From a virus (Duplodnaviria; Caudoviricetes): 25,672 nt of DNA. The position numbers and the translations under genes are program-made. The stretch is taken from the IMG/VR virus record IMGVR_UViG_3300012008_000099, positions 1-25,672 of that record; one strand, given 5' to 3'. Shown here one piece after another: positions 8,555 to 17,663 of the stretch. The notes beneath the pieces are model-generated. The model was given only the letters and a program-made list of their open reading frames with translations. It searched no databases and was not told where the DNA came from. How positions within the stretch are numbered: position 1 is the stretch's first letter; every line of letters starts with the position of its first letter.

Positions 8555-9343
8555 ATGCAAGATGGAATTAGAGTATTAACCGAAACCGACCTGAACGTGC
8601 TTACCACAACTAAGCAAACTCAGTACGGTGCTATCGGAGTGACCGCAGACGGCCGTAAGTTCCGTTATGTATCATTTGGTGGCACAGCAACGATTGCCCC
8701 AGGACTATTTGTACAGACACCAGCCTTAACGGCTAACTACCAGGCTTTAGCTATCACAGCTAGCGGTACTGGTGGTCAGGTTGCTAGCAACTACGCCGGT
8801 AGCCAGTCAACCCTTGGACAGATCGTAATTACTAACGGTGTCACAGCTGTTACTCAGGATCAGTTCGCTGAAGGTTTCCTCGATGTCATTGTCGGTGGCT
8901 TGGCTGCTGATACTGGTCACTACACGTACCGCATCAAGGGCAACACTGCAGCTGCTAACGGCGGATACATCACCGTCTACCTAGCTGAGGTGTTCCGTCA
9001 CACGACTGCTCTCGTACCCGGTACTGATACGGCTAACCTGCGCATCAGTGGCTTCAGTGGTGTAGTCAGCTCAACAACTGCCGCTATGACAGCTGGACTG
9101 ACTCACTTGCCAGTGCCAAACACCGCTTCTGTTACCAACTACGGTTGGGTACAGTCATACGGTGATTGTGCCGTCCTGAACGACGCCGGTGGTACGATTA
9201 CCGTCGGTGGTGCATTTGGACAGAGTACGACTACCGCTGGAAACGTTAAAGCAGCTACAGCATCGACAGTACCAATCATTGGTATCACGAAGATCGCTAT
9301 CAGCGCTTCAAACTCTGCTCCAGCATTCTTAACATTTGGTTAA
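8555..9343 (+). CDS. Putative capsid decoration/cement protein
   Basis: Directly after capsid; DGRKFRYV N-terminal and YGWVQSYG C-terminal motifs; Thr/Gly/Ala-rich. Confidence 0.55.
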   Translation: MQDGIRVLTETDLNVLTTTKQTQYGAIGVTADGRKFRYVSFGGTATIAPGLFVQTPALTANYQALAITASGTGGQVASNYAGSQSTLGQIVITNGVTAVTQDQFAEGFLDVIVGGLAADTGHYTYRIKGNTAAANGGYITVYLAEVFRHTTALVPGTDTANLRISGFSGVVSSTTAAMTAGLTHLPVPNTASVTNYGWVQSYGDCAVLNDAGGTITVGGAFGQSTTTAGNVKAATASTVPIIGITKIAISASNSAPAFLTFG

Positions 9344-9362
9344 ATAATAGAAAGGAATTCCA

Positions 9363-9836
9363 GTGCCTCGTAAATTAAGCAAATACAACGAAGCAGTCAG
9401 GCAGCACGCTGTCATAGACGCTTGGAATACTACAAGCAATACACTCGCTCCTCTAAGTTACTGTGAGTACATCAACGCAGGGACTTACGCAGCAGCTACA
9501 TTTGCAGCCAGTAACAGCTATCCTATTTGGACAGCACCTAACGACCTAACCACTTGGCAAGTTATAGCAGCCTCGGCTCGCTATACCACTGCCGCCGGTT
9601 CAGCTGCTACTTTCCAAATAGAAGTAGCTGGTGCAGCTGTTGCGCCAGGGTCTGGCGTAGCTCAGAACTCGGTAGGTATTGGTTTGAACGGTACAGCTAA
9701 TACAACTGTTAACACCACCATCACGACCCAAACAGCTATTGCGGCTGGTTCGTCAATCAATCTTGTAGTGGCTTCAACAGCTACCACATCGTTAGTTGGT
9801 TTGGAAGTGACAGTTGTTCTGCAACGCCTCACGTAA
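9363..9836 (+). CDS. Putative virion structural protein (beta-rich)
   Basis: GTG start with AAGGA SD; Ala/Thr-rich; last gene before a terminator. Confidence 0.6.
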   Translation: MPRKLSKYNEAVRQHAVIDAWNTTSNTLAPLSYCEYINAGTYAAATFAASNSYPIWTAPNDLTTWQVIAASARYTTAAGSAATFQIEVAGAAVAPGSGVAQNSVGIGLNGTANTTVNTTITTQTAIAAGSSINLVVASTATTSLVGLEVTVVLQRLT

Positions 9837-9859
9837 ACAAAAACAATAGCGAGAACATT

Positions 9860-9887
9860 AGAGGCCGTTACTGGCCTCTTTTGTTTT
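9860..9887 (+). terminator. Rho-independent terminator
   Basis: AGAGGCC-GTTACT-GGCCTCT followed by TTTGTTTT. Confidence 0.8.
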
Positions 9888-9900
9888 CTATAAGCATATG

Positions 9901-9909
9901 TGGTACTAT
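9901..9909 (+). promoter_or_regulatory. Extended -10 promoter candidate (TGgTACTAT)
   Basis: Immediately after the terminator; AGCCC element 18 nt downstream. Confidence 0.5.
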
Positions 9910-9982
9910 CGGCTTACATGAAACAACAGCCCTCTAGCAGGCCAATCATAGTCTCTTCTGTGGCAATAATAAGGAGTTATTA

Positions 9983-10528
9983 ATGCCATTAGTCACTAAA
10001 ACATCTACTACAGATGTTAAGCCGTACGGTATACAAGAGAACACAAACCAAAAGCTATTTCGTGAACGATTGATGGACAGGTTCAAGCCTACCGAGTACG
10101 TCAAAGTTATAAATGTTGATGATGAGCCGTTTATGTGGCAATACATGCCAGCTGATAACGAAGAGTATGAGTTTACCCCTGATGGTATGCACCGCCATAC
10201 CCGTCGAGCTGAACCAGAAGTCTGGACACTTGAACCAGGCGAATCAGAGACTATTGTTGGTGGTAATGCCTACCTGATGATCGAAGACCTGTACAAGAAG
10301 ATTAAAAGCAAGAAGGTAGTCGCAACCGTAGAAGTTAAACCTGGTATGGCTCGAGCCTTCAACTATGCCGACGGTACGCAACAGGACTACTGGATTGATA
10401 AAATCTTAGTAGGTAAGGAAATACCGACATTTACATCTGCTAATGAGACAAAGCTACCTGAAGGGGGCGAGAACTATGAACCAGTCAAGCGTAGTCCTGG
10501 ACGACCAGCAGCTACTCAAACGGTCTAG
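9983..10528 (+). CDS. Hypothetical protein with C-terminal AT-hook-like KRSPGRP
   Basis: AAGGAG SD; 181-aa ORF. Confidence 0.75.
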   Translation: MPLVTKTSTTDVKPYGIQENTNQKLFRERLMDRFKPTEYVKVINVDDEPFMWQYMPADNEEYEFTPDGMHRHTRRAEPEVWTLEPGESETIVGGNAYLMIEDLYKKIKSKKVVATVEVKPGMARAFNYADGTQQDYWIDKILVGKEIPTFTSANETKLPEGGENYEPVKRSPGRPAATQTV

Positions 10529-11318
10529 CGAACTCGATGCTCGTGAAGCCTACATTGCTATCCGGGAAAAGCTAGCCGAGGATACCGAAGCAACGATTGC
10601 TAGGCAGCAACGTGACCTGGAACTACTGGATAGCACCATAGTAGCCCGTGAGGTCATCCTGAAAGGCCAGCAAGCCCAAATGGCGGCTCTTGAGACTGAT
10701 TACAAGCACAAGGTCAAGTCACTGGATACATCGACTCAGAAGGCCGTTATGACTCTCTCTGGCTGGACTGCTAAGATAGTAGACGCAAAAGGTGAGTTGC
10801 AAGTCGTAAAAGTCTCTATAGCTGACCGTGGAGCGTATTACAGGCAGCAAGAGGAAGTAATCAACGCTCAGTCTGTTGATGGCAATACACATCTAAAAGC
10901 ACTTAACTTTGAGATCATAGCCGCTAAACAGAGAGTTACCGACTTACAGGGTAAAATAAAGTCTCTTAATCTGAATATTTATGAACTGACTACTGATCTT
11001 GACAATGCTCGTGCATCATTTATGCCAGAGGTAGAGGAACACGAAAGGGAAGTGGCAGTTATTGATAAACGTAAGGATTTAATAACGATTGAACTTGGTA
11101 ATCTTGAGAAGCATTACAATGACCGGTTTAATGAGTTCAATAGCCTGAATACTCGGTACAAACAGGTTGAAGCTGAAATTGCCGAGAAAATGCAAGTACT
11201 TGATACTAAGGAACGTGAAATTATGACCAAAAGGGAAGCACTGAGGCAAGAACGTGAGGAGATGGACGAGGTTAAGCACTATTACAATTCCCCAAAATCT
11301 CTTTATGATATACAATAG
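10476..11318 (+). CDS. Long coiled-coil protein (start 10476 preferred over 10443)
   Basis: Heptad-like E/K/L/Q-rich sequence; purine-rich GAAGGGGG upstream of ATG 10476 and smaller overlap. Confidence 0.7.
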   Translation: MNQSSVVLDDQQLLKRSSELDAREAYIAIREKLAEDTEATIARQQRDLELLDSTIVAREVILKGQQAQMAALETDYKHKVKSLDTSTQKAVMTLSGWTAKIVDAKGELQVVKVSIADRGAYYRQQEEVINAQSVDGNTHLKALNFEIIAAKQRVTDLQGKIKSLNLNIYELTTDLDNARASFMPEVEEHEREVAVIDKRKDLITIELGNLEKHYNDRFNEFNSLNTRYKQVEAEIAEKMQVLDTKEREIMTKREALRQEREEMDEVKHYYNSPKSLYDIQ

Positions 11319-11325
11319 GCACTAA

Positions 11326-12561
11326 ATGGCACGTTCAGGCTCACCATATTCTACTCCTCGTGACGCTAACAGAGTTCCGCTATTAGTTGCCGCATCTTCG
11401 GCTGACGGTGTTACGCCGGTAGTGCTTGAGGCTGACCCTACTACACACTTATTGCAAGTTGGTGGTACGATTACGGCCACCGTTGACGAATCTACTCTTG
11501 CTACCTCTGCTAATCAGACCAATGGTACACAAGTTACCCAAGTGGCTGCTGGCACCGCCATCATCGGCAAAGTTACCACTGACCAAACTACTCACGGTAC
11601 GACTGACCTTGTATCAGCTGATATTACTAAGGTTAACGGTACAGCAGTATCGGCTACTAACCCACTGCCTAGTTCTGTATCTGACGGTACAAACACCGCC
11701 AACATCCTCAAGTCAGATGGGACGGCGGCGGGGCAGAACTCGATATTTATTGCTGGTTCCTACCAGGAGGCCTCCCTGTCGCTTGGCCCAACACCCACAT
11801 CTGGACAATTTCTACTACCTAGCACTGATGTCAAGGGGTATGCTTATTTCTCTATGCAGGTAGCGGGTGGAACATGGACAGGCACATATATTTTTGAAGG
11901 TAGTAATGACAACACGAATTGGACACAAACATACGCAGCACTATTTAATAACAATAGTGGTGGTATAACTAACTTCACGGCCAACGGATTTTGGAGAGGG
12001 GCAATTCACTCCAGATATATACGCGTCAGATGTAGCGTGACCGGCACTGGAACGACTCTTGCGACTCTCGCGCTCTTTACTGGATCTCCTAGTGATATTT
12101 CTAACAATGTGGCTGCATCCCAATCAGCCACATGGACAGTAGGCTCTAACTCCGCCACAGGTTCGGCATTCCCTGCAAACGCATTTTCAAACGGTGTAAA
12201 AGCCCTTACAACCTCACCAACCGCTGCCACAACAGGTAACTTAGTAGCTCTGACAGGTGACACAATGGGTGAAGCCCTAGTTTCAACTGGTGGTCTTGTC
12301 ACAACCTCTGTACCAGCCAACGCCTCAAATGTGGTCGTCAAAGCTGATCCCGGTCGGTTATGCCGACTATTAGTAACCGCAACTGGCGTAACAGCTATGG
12401 TGATATACGACAACGCCACAACTAACTCAGGCACGATTATTGGTGCGCTACCGGCTAGTGCCGCAATCGGTGGGGTGTATGACTTTGAAATGCCCGCTGC
12501 CGCAGGGATAACAATCGCTGGTTCAGCTACTAATCCGGCCGTAACAATTTCTTGGATTTAA
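11326..12561 (+). CDS. Putative virion fibre/appendage protein
   Basis: Thr/Gly/Ala/Ser-rich; N-terminal RDANRVP; internal jelly-roll-like segment FEGSNDNTNW...RYIRVR. Confidence 0.55.
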   Translation: MARSGSPYSTPRDANRVPLLVAASSADGVTPVVLEADPTTHLLQVGGTITATVDESTLATSANQTNGTQVTQVAAGTAIIGKVTTDQTTHGTTDLVSADITKVNGTAVSATNPLPSSVSDGTNTANILKSDGTAAGQNSIFIAGSYQEASLSLGPTPTSGQFLLPSTDVKGYAYFSMQVAGGTWTGTYIFEGSNDNTNWTQTYAALFNNNSGGITNFTANGFWRGAIHSRYIRVRCSVTGTGTTLATLALFTGSPSDISNNVAASQSATWTVGSNSATGSAFPANAFSNGVKALTTSPTAATTGNLVALTGDTMGEALVSTGGLVTTSVPANASNVVVKADPGRLCRLLVTATGVTAMVIYDNATTNSGTIIGALPASAAIGGVYDFEMPAAAGITIAGSATNPAVTISWI

Positions 12562-12572
12562 GGAGATAAATT

Positions 12573-12827
12573 ATGGCATCTATTTTTTCAGCTACAATCC
12601 AATCAATCATCCCAGTCCCAGTAGATTCTGGTGTAGCCTATCAGGTTACCGTAAACTTTGCTGACTCAGTAAGTGGATTTACCTCTACTAAGACATATAA
12701 CTTCCCAGTTAATACTACCCAAGCCGCTGCAGTAGCCCAGATTACTGCTGACGGGCAGAGTATGAAGACAGCTATTGCCGGAGCAGGAAACTTACAGGGG
12801 AAAATTGGTAGTGTGATTACGATATAG
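12573..12827 (+). CDS. Hypothetical protein
   Basis: AAGGAG SD; 84 aa. Confidence 0.7.
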   Translation: MASIFSATIQSIIPVPVDSGVAYQVTVNFADSVSGFTSTKTYNFPVNTTQAAAVAQITADGQSMKTAIAGAGNLQGKIGSVITI

Positions 12828-12877
12828 TATAATGCCCTTATTCGGCACATTAGCCCTCCTCTCTTAGGAGGGTTTTT
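12828..12877 (+). promoter_or_regulatory. -10 box TATAAT plus conserved leader hairpin + U-tract, copy B
   Basis: TATAAT 12828-33, GGCACATT 12844-51, AGCCCTCCT-CTCTT-AGGAGGGTT then TTT. Confidence 0.65.
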
Positions 12878-12895
12878 AAATAAGGAACATACTCA

Positions 12896-13258
12896 ATGAG
12901 CTATACGGCATCAACCCTTAAACAATCAACTCCATTTAGCAGTGCAGTAGCAGATGGTAATCGGGTAGCACTTACCAACTTCCCTAATCAGATACAGACT
13001 ATTGATGCAACAGCCTCACCTAATGCATCTCCTCTGACGGTCAACACAACGGCTACACTGCTTGTTCCACTTAATGCGGTATCAGTTACCATTATTAGTA
13101 CCACGAACGCTGTACAGGTGTCTGAGGACAGCACAGAGAGTGCCTACTTTACCCTGCCAGCTGCTACGGCTATGACATTCCCATGTGCTAGGCAAGCTAA
13201 TATCTACCTGAAAACAGGTGGTAGTACCGTTGTCAACTTCTTTTTCAGCTGTTTCTAA
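12896..13258 (+). CDS. Putative small virion protein
   Basis: AAGGA SD; beta-rich 120 aa in the structural cluster. Confidence 0.65.
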   Translation: MSYTASTLKQSTPFSSAVADGNRVALTNFPNQIQTIDATASPNASPLTVNTTATLLVPLNAVSVTIISTTNAVQVSEDSTESAYFTLPAATAMTFPCARQANIYLKTGGSTVVNFFFSCF

Positions 13259-13271
13259 CAAGGTAATATAA

Positions 13272-13649
13272 ATGTCTAAGAGTCAAACAGCTTGGTCAAC
13301 CAGTACAAAAACTGCTGTCCCGTGGGTAGCAGTGGGTAAAAGTGGGACAGCGTGGAGTAATGAGGCCAATATGCTGGCTCCTTATCTCTATTCAGATGCT
13401 ACTATTCCGTACAGTAGTGCAACGATTACTTATAATTATTTCAGTGCTAACCAGTTAAACAACCGGAATCCAACAAGCTGGTTGGCTGGTAGCAAGTATG
13501 CAATCAGTTGGTCTAATGAATCAGTGGCACAAATCGGTTATGCTTATGATAGTTCAGCAACTTATGACAATGCTTTTGCCTACGATTATGTAGTACCGGT
13601 CACAAATCAATCGAATAACAAAAAATCAACAGCTTGGGTTAATCAATGA
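13272..13649 (+). CDS. Trp/Tyr-repeat protein with internal duplication
   Basis: Recurring K-x-x-T/S-A-W and Y-x-Y motifs; ATGA coupling to the fibre gene. Confidence 0.7.
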   Translation: MSKSQTAWSTSTKTAVPWVAVGKSGTAWSNEANMLAPYLYSDATIPYSSATITYNYFSANQLNNRNPTSWLAGSKYAISWSNESVAQIGYAYDSSATYDNAFAYDYVVPVTNQSNNKKSTAWVNQ

Positions 13650-16600
13650 ATTTTCCAACCGGTATAGATGACGGTACAACCCTCCCAAACCCGATAGCCG
13701 GTAGTTTTACAGATGCTCCAGATCATGCAGTATTACATAGTACTGAGAATGATGCTATCAAAGCTATTGAAGCTAAAACTGGTATTGGTGCTAGCACACC
13801 GGTAGCTAACACACTCCTGAAGGGTACTGGGACGGGTACAAGCGCTTGGGGGACACTGACATCAGCTAATGTTGCGGCGATTGTAACTGACGAGACTGGT
13901 AGTGGTTCATTAGTATTCGGAACCTCCCCTGCCCTCACTGGGACGCCCACAGCCCCCACCGCTAGTCCGGGAGCTAACTCAACGCAGGTAGCTACTACAG
14001 CTTATGCGGATGCAGGAATAGCGGCAATCCCCGCAACTAAGAGCCGAACTTATACCGCAACCATCGGGGCAACAACTGGCGACTACCCTGTAAGTTCATA
14101 TGCCAGTTTTGCCGTATGTACCCAAGCGGCCATTGACGCAGTATCGGCAGCCGGTGGCGGTAATATCTTCATCCGAGGCGGGGCGTATACCCAAACCGCT
14201 ATTATCAACTGTGCTAGCAACGTCAATATCTACGGCGACCCGTCGAACACGATTATTACCACTTCCAGCAATTACAGTTGGAAAGTTGATGCCAAGGCTA
14301 ACGTCATCATCGATGGCCTGACTATCAACGGTAACGCTATGACCCCAGGAAACACTTATGGTGTGTATATCCAGAATTCAACTGATATTACTATCCGTAA
14401 CTGCCACTTCTACAACATGCAGGGTTTCGCCGTCTTCGTTACCGCCAGCGCCTCAAATACTACTGAGCGCATCCGAATTGAACACAACCGTTTCCATGGC
14501 TGGGCCTTCGCGGATACCATCGGGGGTGGGCCAGCCAACTCAACCGGGGCAGTCGTTCGTAACGTCTATATCGATTCCAACTACATCTCGCAAGACTTCG
14601 GCTTAGGCGGAACGGATATATCAGCTGTAAACTTCGTGGCTGTTTACCGTGTACGGATGACCAACAACATCTGTGAGGGCGGTATCCTATTCGGTACGGA
14701 ACAGCAACCTCATACCTATTCCGTGATTACAGGTAACACCATCAAGCCACCAGTTGGTGGAACCTACGCCGCTGTGGGGTTAATTGTCGTTGGGACAGCT
14801 ACCAGTTCGGGTAGTTTATGCCTCATTACCGGCAACGTCCTAGAAAACGCCTTTATCGACGTCTTCTGCAACATCTCCAGCCCCCGCTTCGCCAATGTCA
14901 CCGTAGCCAACAACGCCATCTATGCTGTCGGTTGCCCGCAAGGCATTCTCTTTACTAACGTCGATGGTGGCATTATCAACGGCAACACCGTCATTAACTC
15001 ACCGGCTGATGGTATCTTGCTCGACAGCGCTCTCCGTACAACCGTTATAGGCAATGTAGTGCGCAACTCGGCTACCTATGGCGCAAGGGAGATCAACTCG
15101 TCCGACTTCAACAACATCATCGCCAACCAATTCTTGCTGTCGGCGACCAAGGCTCTCCTGACCTCTGGCACTCATACCGTTATGACGAACAACTTCGGCC
15201 CGAACCCCCTTATTCTGACTGCTTCTGGCAATATCACAGGGACAGCAACGCTTGACCGTGGCAACGGCGATGTTATAACTGCTACCCTAACTGGTAATAC
15301 GGCTATCTCCTTATCTGCTGGCAATGTTAAGGGCGACCATCTTTATGTCGTACTCGTTCAGGATGCCACGGGCGGCCGAACCGTCACCTGGCCGGTAAAT
15401 GCGACTTGGGGTACGGGTGGCACGCCAATCGTCGACCCGGCTGTTGCCGCAACCAGTATCTTCGGGTTTGTTTGGACGGGTTCGACCTGGCAGGAGATGA
15501 GCCGAACGACTAGTGTGGGTACTGTCACAAGCGCTTCGGTTGTTTCTGCTAATGGTCTAGCCGGTACTGTCGCCACCGCCACAACCACCCCAGCTATTAC
15601 GCTGTCCACGACCGTTACGGGTATCCTCAAAGGCGATAGCACAGCAATCAGCGCAGCTATTGCTGGAACCGATTACCTCGCTCCTACTGGCAATGGTGCA
15701 GGGCTTACGGGGATCACCGAATCTCAGGTTACAAACCTTACAACTGACTTGGCCGCTCTTGCACCCCTTGCTTCCCCTGCTTTTACCGGAACACCAACGG
15801 CTCCTAACTTGACAGTCGCCACCCTTTTGACGGTTAGTGATACCAGTAATGCCACTACAGGTGGCCTTAAATTGGGTGATGCTACCCTAATTAGAAGCGG
15901 TGCTGGAGTTCTCAAGACAGGTGGTGGCCTTATAACGGGCGCGGGAGTAAGTGTCGCTACAACAGACACTACCTTTACCGTTAGCATGGCTCCCACTGCT
16001 GCCAAAAGTGTCGGTATGAACCGTCATACCACAGCTAATACTATCGGCCAAGTTCTAACGATTCAATCAGGAGGTGCTACTAGTGGTGCGACCAACAAAG
16101 CGGCTGGTAATCTAGTCCTCCGCACCGGACTTTCTACTGGTTCAGGAGCCGGGAGCGTTATCATTCAGACCGCCGATAACGTGGCTGCATCAACGGCAGA
16201 TAACACTGTTACGACTAGAGCAACCTTTGATAACACAGGTGTAATGATAGCTGGAACTGCCGCCGCCACAACTTTCTCCGGCTCCGGTGCATCCCTAACT
16301 TCTATCCCCGAATCCGGCGTTACCAACCTTACCTCCGACCTTGCCCTCAAAGCCCCCCTCATCTCCCCAACCTTCACTACCCCGAACATCGGTACGGCTA
16401 CAGCGAACAAACTTAATATAGTTACTGGCTCCAACGCCTCAGCTGGAACTGCTGTCCTCGTTGCCGGAACTGTCACCGTCTCCACCACAGCCATAACTGC
16501 CTCCAGTATCGTCATCCTGACCTGTCAAGTCCTCGGAACTGTCACGGTAGCATCAGCACTGACTAAGGGAACGGTGGTAGCTGGTACATCATTTGTGATA

Positions 16601-16654
16601 AACAGCGCTGTCGTGACTGATACTTCGACTATTGGCTGGCTAATCATAAATTAA
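13646..16654 (+). CDS. Tail spike/fibre with pectin-lyase-like right-handed beta-helix (putative polysaccharide depolymerase)
   Basis: QAAIDAVSAAGGGNIFIRGGAY entry motif followed by I.GN.I/V parallel beta-helix repeats; SPALTGTPTAPT fibre motifs; QDATGGRTVTWP motif. Confidence 0.85.
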   Translation: MNFPTGIDDGTTLPNPIAGSFTDAPDHAVLHSTENDAIKAIEAKTGIGASTPVANTLLKGTGTGTSAWGTLTSANVAAIVTDETGSGSLVFGTSPALTGTPTAPTASPGANSTQVATTAYADAGIAAIPATKSRTYTATIGATTGDYPVSSYASFAVCTQAAIDAVSAAGGGNIFIRGGAYTQTAIINCASNVNIYGDPSNTIITTSSNYSWKVDAKANVIIDGLTINGNAMTPGNTYGVYIQNSTDITIRNCHFYNMQGFAVFVTASASNTTERIRIEHNRFHGWAFADTIGGGPANSTGAVVRNVYIDSNYISQDFGLGGTDISAVNFVAVYRVRMTNNICEGGILFGTEQQPHTYSVITGNTIKPPVGGTYAAVGLIVVGTATSSGSLCLITGNVLENAFIDVFCNISSPRFANVTVANNAIYAVGCPQGILFTNVDGGIINGNTVINSPADGILLDSALRTTVIGNVVRNSATYGAREINSSDFNNIIANQFLLSATKALLTSGTHTVMTNNFGPNPLILTASGNITGTATLDRGNGDVITATLTGNTAISLSAGNVKGDHLYVVLVQDATGGRTVTWPVNATWGTGGTPIVDPAVAATSIFGFVWTGSTWQEMSRTTSVGTVTSASVVSANGLAGTVATATTTPAITLSTTVTGILKGDSTAISAAIAGTDYLAPTGNGAGLTGITESQVTNLTTDLAALAPLASPAFTGTPTAPNLTVATLLTVSDTSNATTGGLKLGDATLIRSGAGVLKTGGGLITGAGVSVATTDTTFTVSMAPTAAKSVGMNRHTTANTIGQVLTIQSGGATSGATNKAAGNLVLRTGLSTGSGAGSVIIQTADNVAASTADNTVTTRATFDNTGVMIAGTAAATTFSGSGASLTSIPESGVTNLTSDLALKAPLISPTFTTPNIGTATANKLNIVTGSNASAGTAVLVAGTVTVSTTAITASSIVILTCQVLGTVTVASALTKGTVVAGTSFVINSAVVTDTSTIGWLIIN

Positions 16655-16769
16655 CCATTCCTCCTATACCCGCCGTTTGCGGAGCCAGAAGCAGCTCCGT
16701 GGCAGCATTTTCTGGTAGACGACTCAGGGCGCGTAGGCAGTAGAACATTGATATGGTAGACATATTTTA

Positions 16770-16778
16770 TGTTACAAT
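16770..16778 (+). promoter_or_regulatory. Extended -10 promoter candidate (TGtTACAAT), leaderless start
   Basis: Ends 8 nt before ATG 16787, which has no clear SD. Confidence 0.45.
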
Positions 16779-16786
16779 TCGGACAT

Positions 16787-17641
16787 ATGTCATTTCCGAC
16801 TAATCTTGATAACATTCCACAACCTGGCAGTGGAGATATTACAACCTCTCCGAGTCATGCCGGTACCCATGACCTCGAAATTACTGCTATACAGGCTGTT
16901 GAGGCAAAAGTAGGAATTGGTGCAAGTACACCTGTTGCGAGTACTTTGCTTAGGGGTACTGGTACGGGTACATCTGCCTACGCACAAGCTAACCTGACGA
17001 CAGATGTAACGGGTACTTTGCCGGTTGCTAATGGCGGTAGTGGCGTGACTAGTTCTACTGGTACAGGGAATGTGGTGTTGAGTGGTACGCCAACTATTAA
17101 CGCACCAACTATTACGGGTACAATGGCCGCAAGTGTGATTAACGCCTCTAGTAACGCTACTATTGGGGGTACGCTGGGAGTTACGGGAGCTACTACATTG
17201 AGTGGTCTACTGACCGTCCCAACAGGTATAGCCGCTTCTGCATTTGCGCTCAACATGAAAAGTGCCACAAATACGGGTACTACCATAATTACTGGCGAAC
17301 AAGACCTTGCAGCCCAAGGTTTAACGCTGAGTTTTATGGTTGCGAGTAATTGTAATGCTCTAGTTACTGTAAGTTTAGGTATTTCTTCGTCACAGGACTT
17401 TGAATTCAGGCCAGAGATAAGGCTAGGTGGTAGTATTGTCCAAACATTGTCGCCTGTCGCAACAAATAGTAATAATTCAGCGACTAGAGCCTGTGTTCGT
17501 GGATTCACCTACGTTGTTGCTTTAACTACTGGTGTCAACGTACTTTCTGCTGGTGTGTTTGTTTCTGCAGCTTCTGGTCTATCTATGGCTGTTGGCGGCG
17601 GTACGATATCAGCTCTTGTCCTTGGACAGGTAACGGCATAA
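16787..17641 (+). CDS. Second, shorter tail fibre (start 16787 preferred over 16769)
   Basis: MSFPTNLD...EAKVGIGASTPVA.TLL.GTGTGTSA aligns with the N-terminus of 13646..16654; contains the VTGTLPVANGG fibre motif. Confidence 0.75.
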   Translation: MSFPTNLDNIPQPGSGDITTSPSHAGTHDLEITAIQAVEAKVGIGASTPVASTLLRGTGTGTSAYAQANLTTDVTGTLPVANGGSGVTSSTGTGNVVLSGTPTINAPTITGTMAASVINASSNATIGGTLGVTGATTLSGLLTVPTGIAASAFALNMKSATNTGTTIITGEQDLAAQGLTLSFMVASNCNALVTVSLGISSSQDFEFRPEIRLGGSIVQTLSPVATNSNNSATRACVRGFTYVVALTTGVNVLSAGVFVSAASGLSMAVGGGTISALVLGQVTA

Positions 17642-17663
17642 TGATTAACTATAAGGACATAAA

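Noticed and set aside
10443-11318. Tape measure protein
   Set aside because: Too short, placed before the adaptor, and no tail tube gene is evident; annotated only as coiled-coil.
16655-16765. Known self-cleaving ribozyme or tRNA
   Set aside because: I could not find hammerhead (CTGANGA/GAAA), twister or tRNA (T-loop, cloverleaf) consensus on either strand by eye; kept only as an unclassified structured segment.
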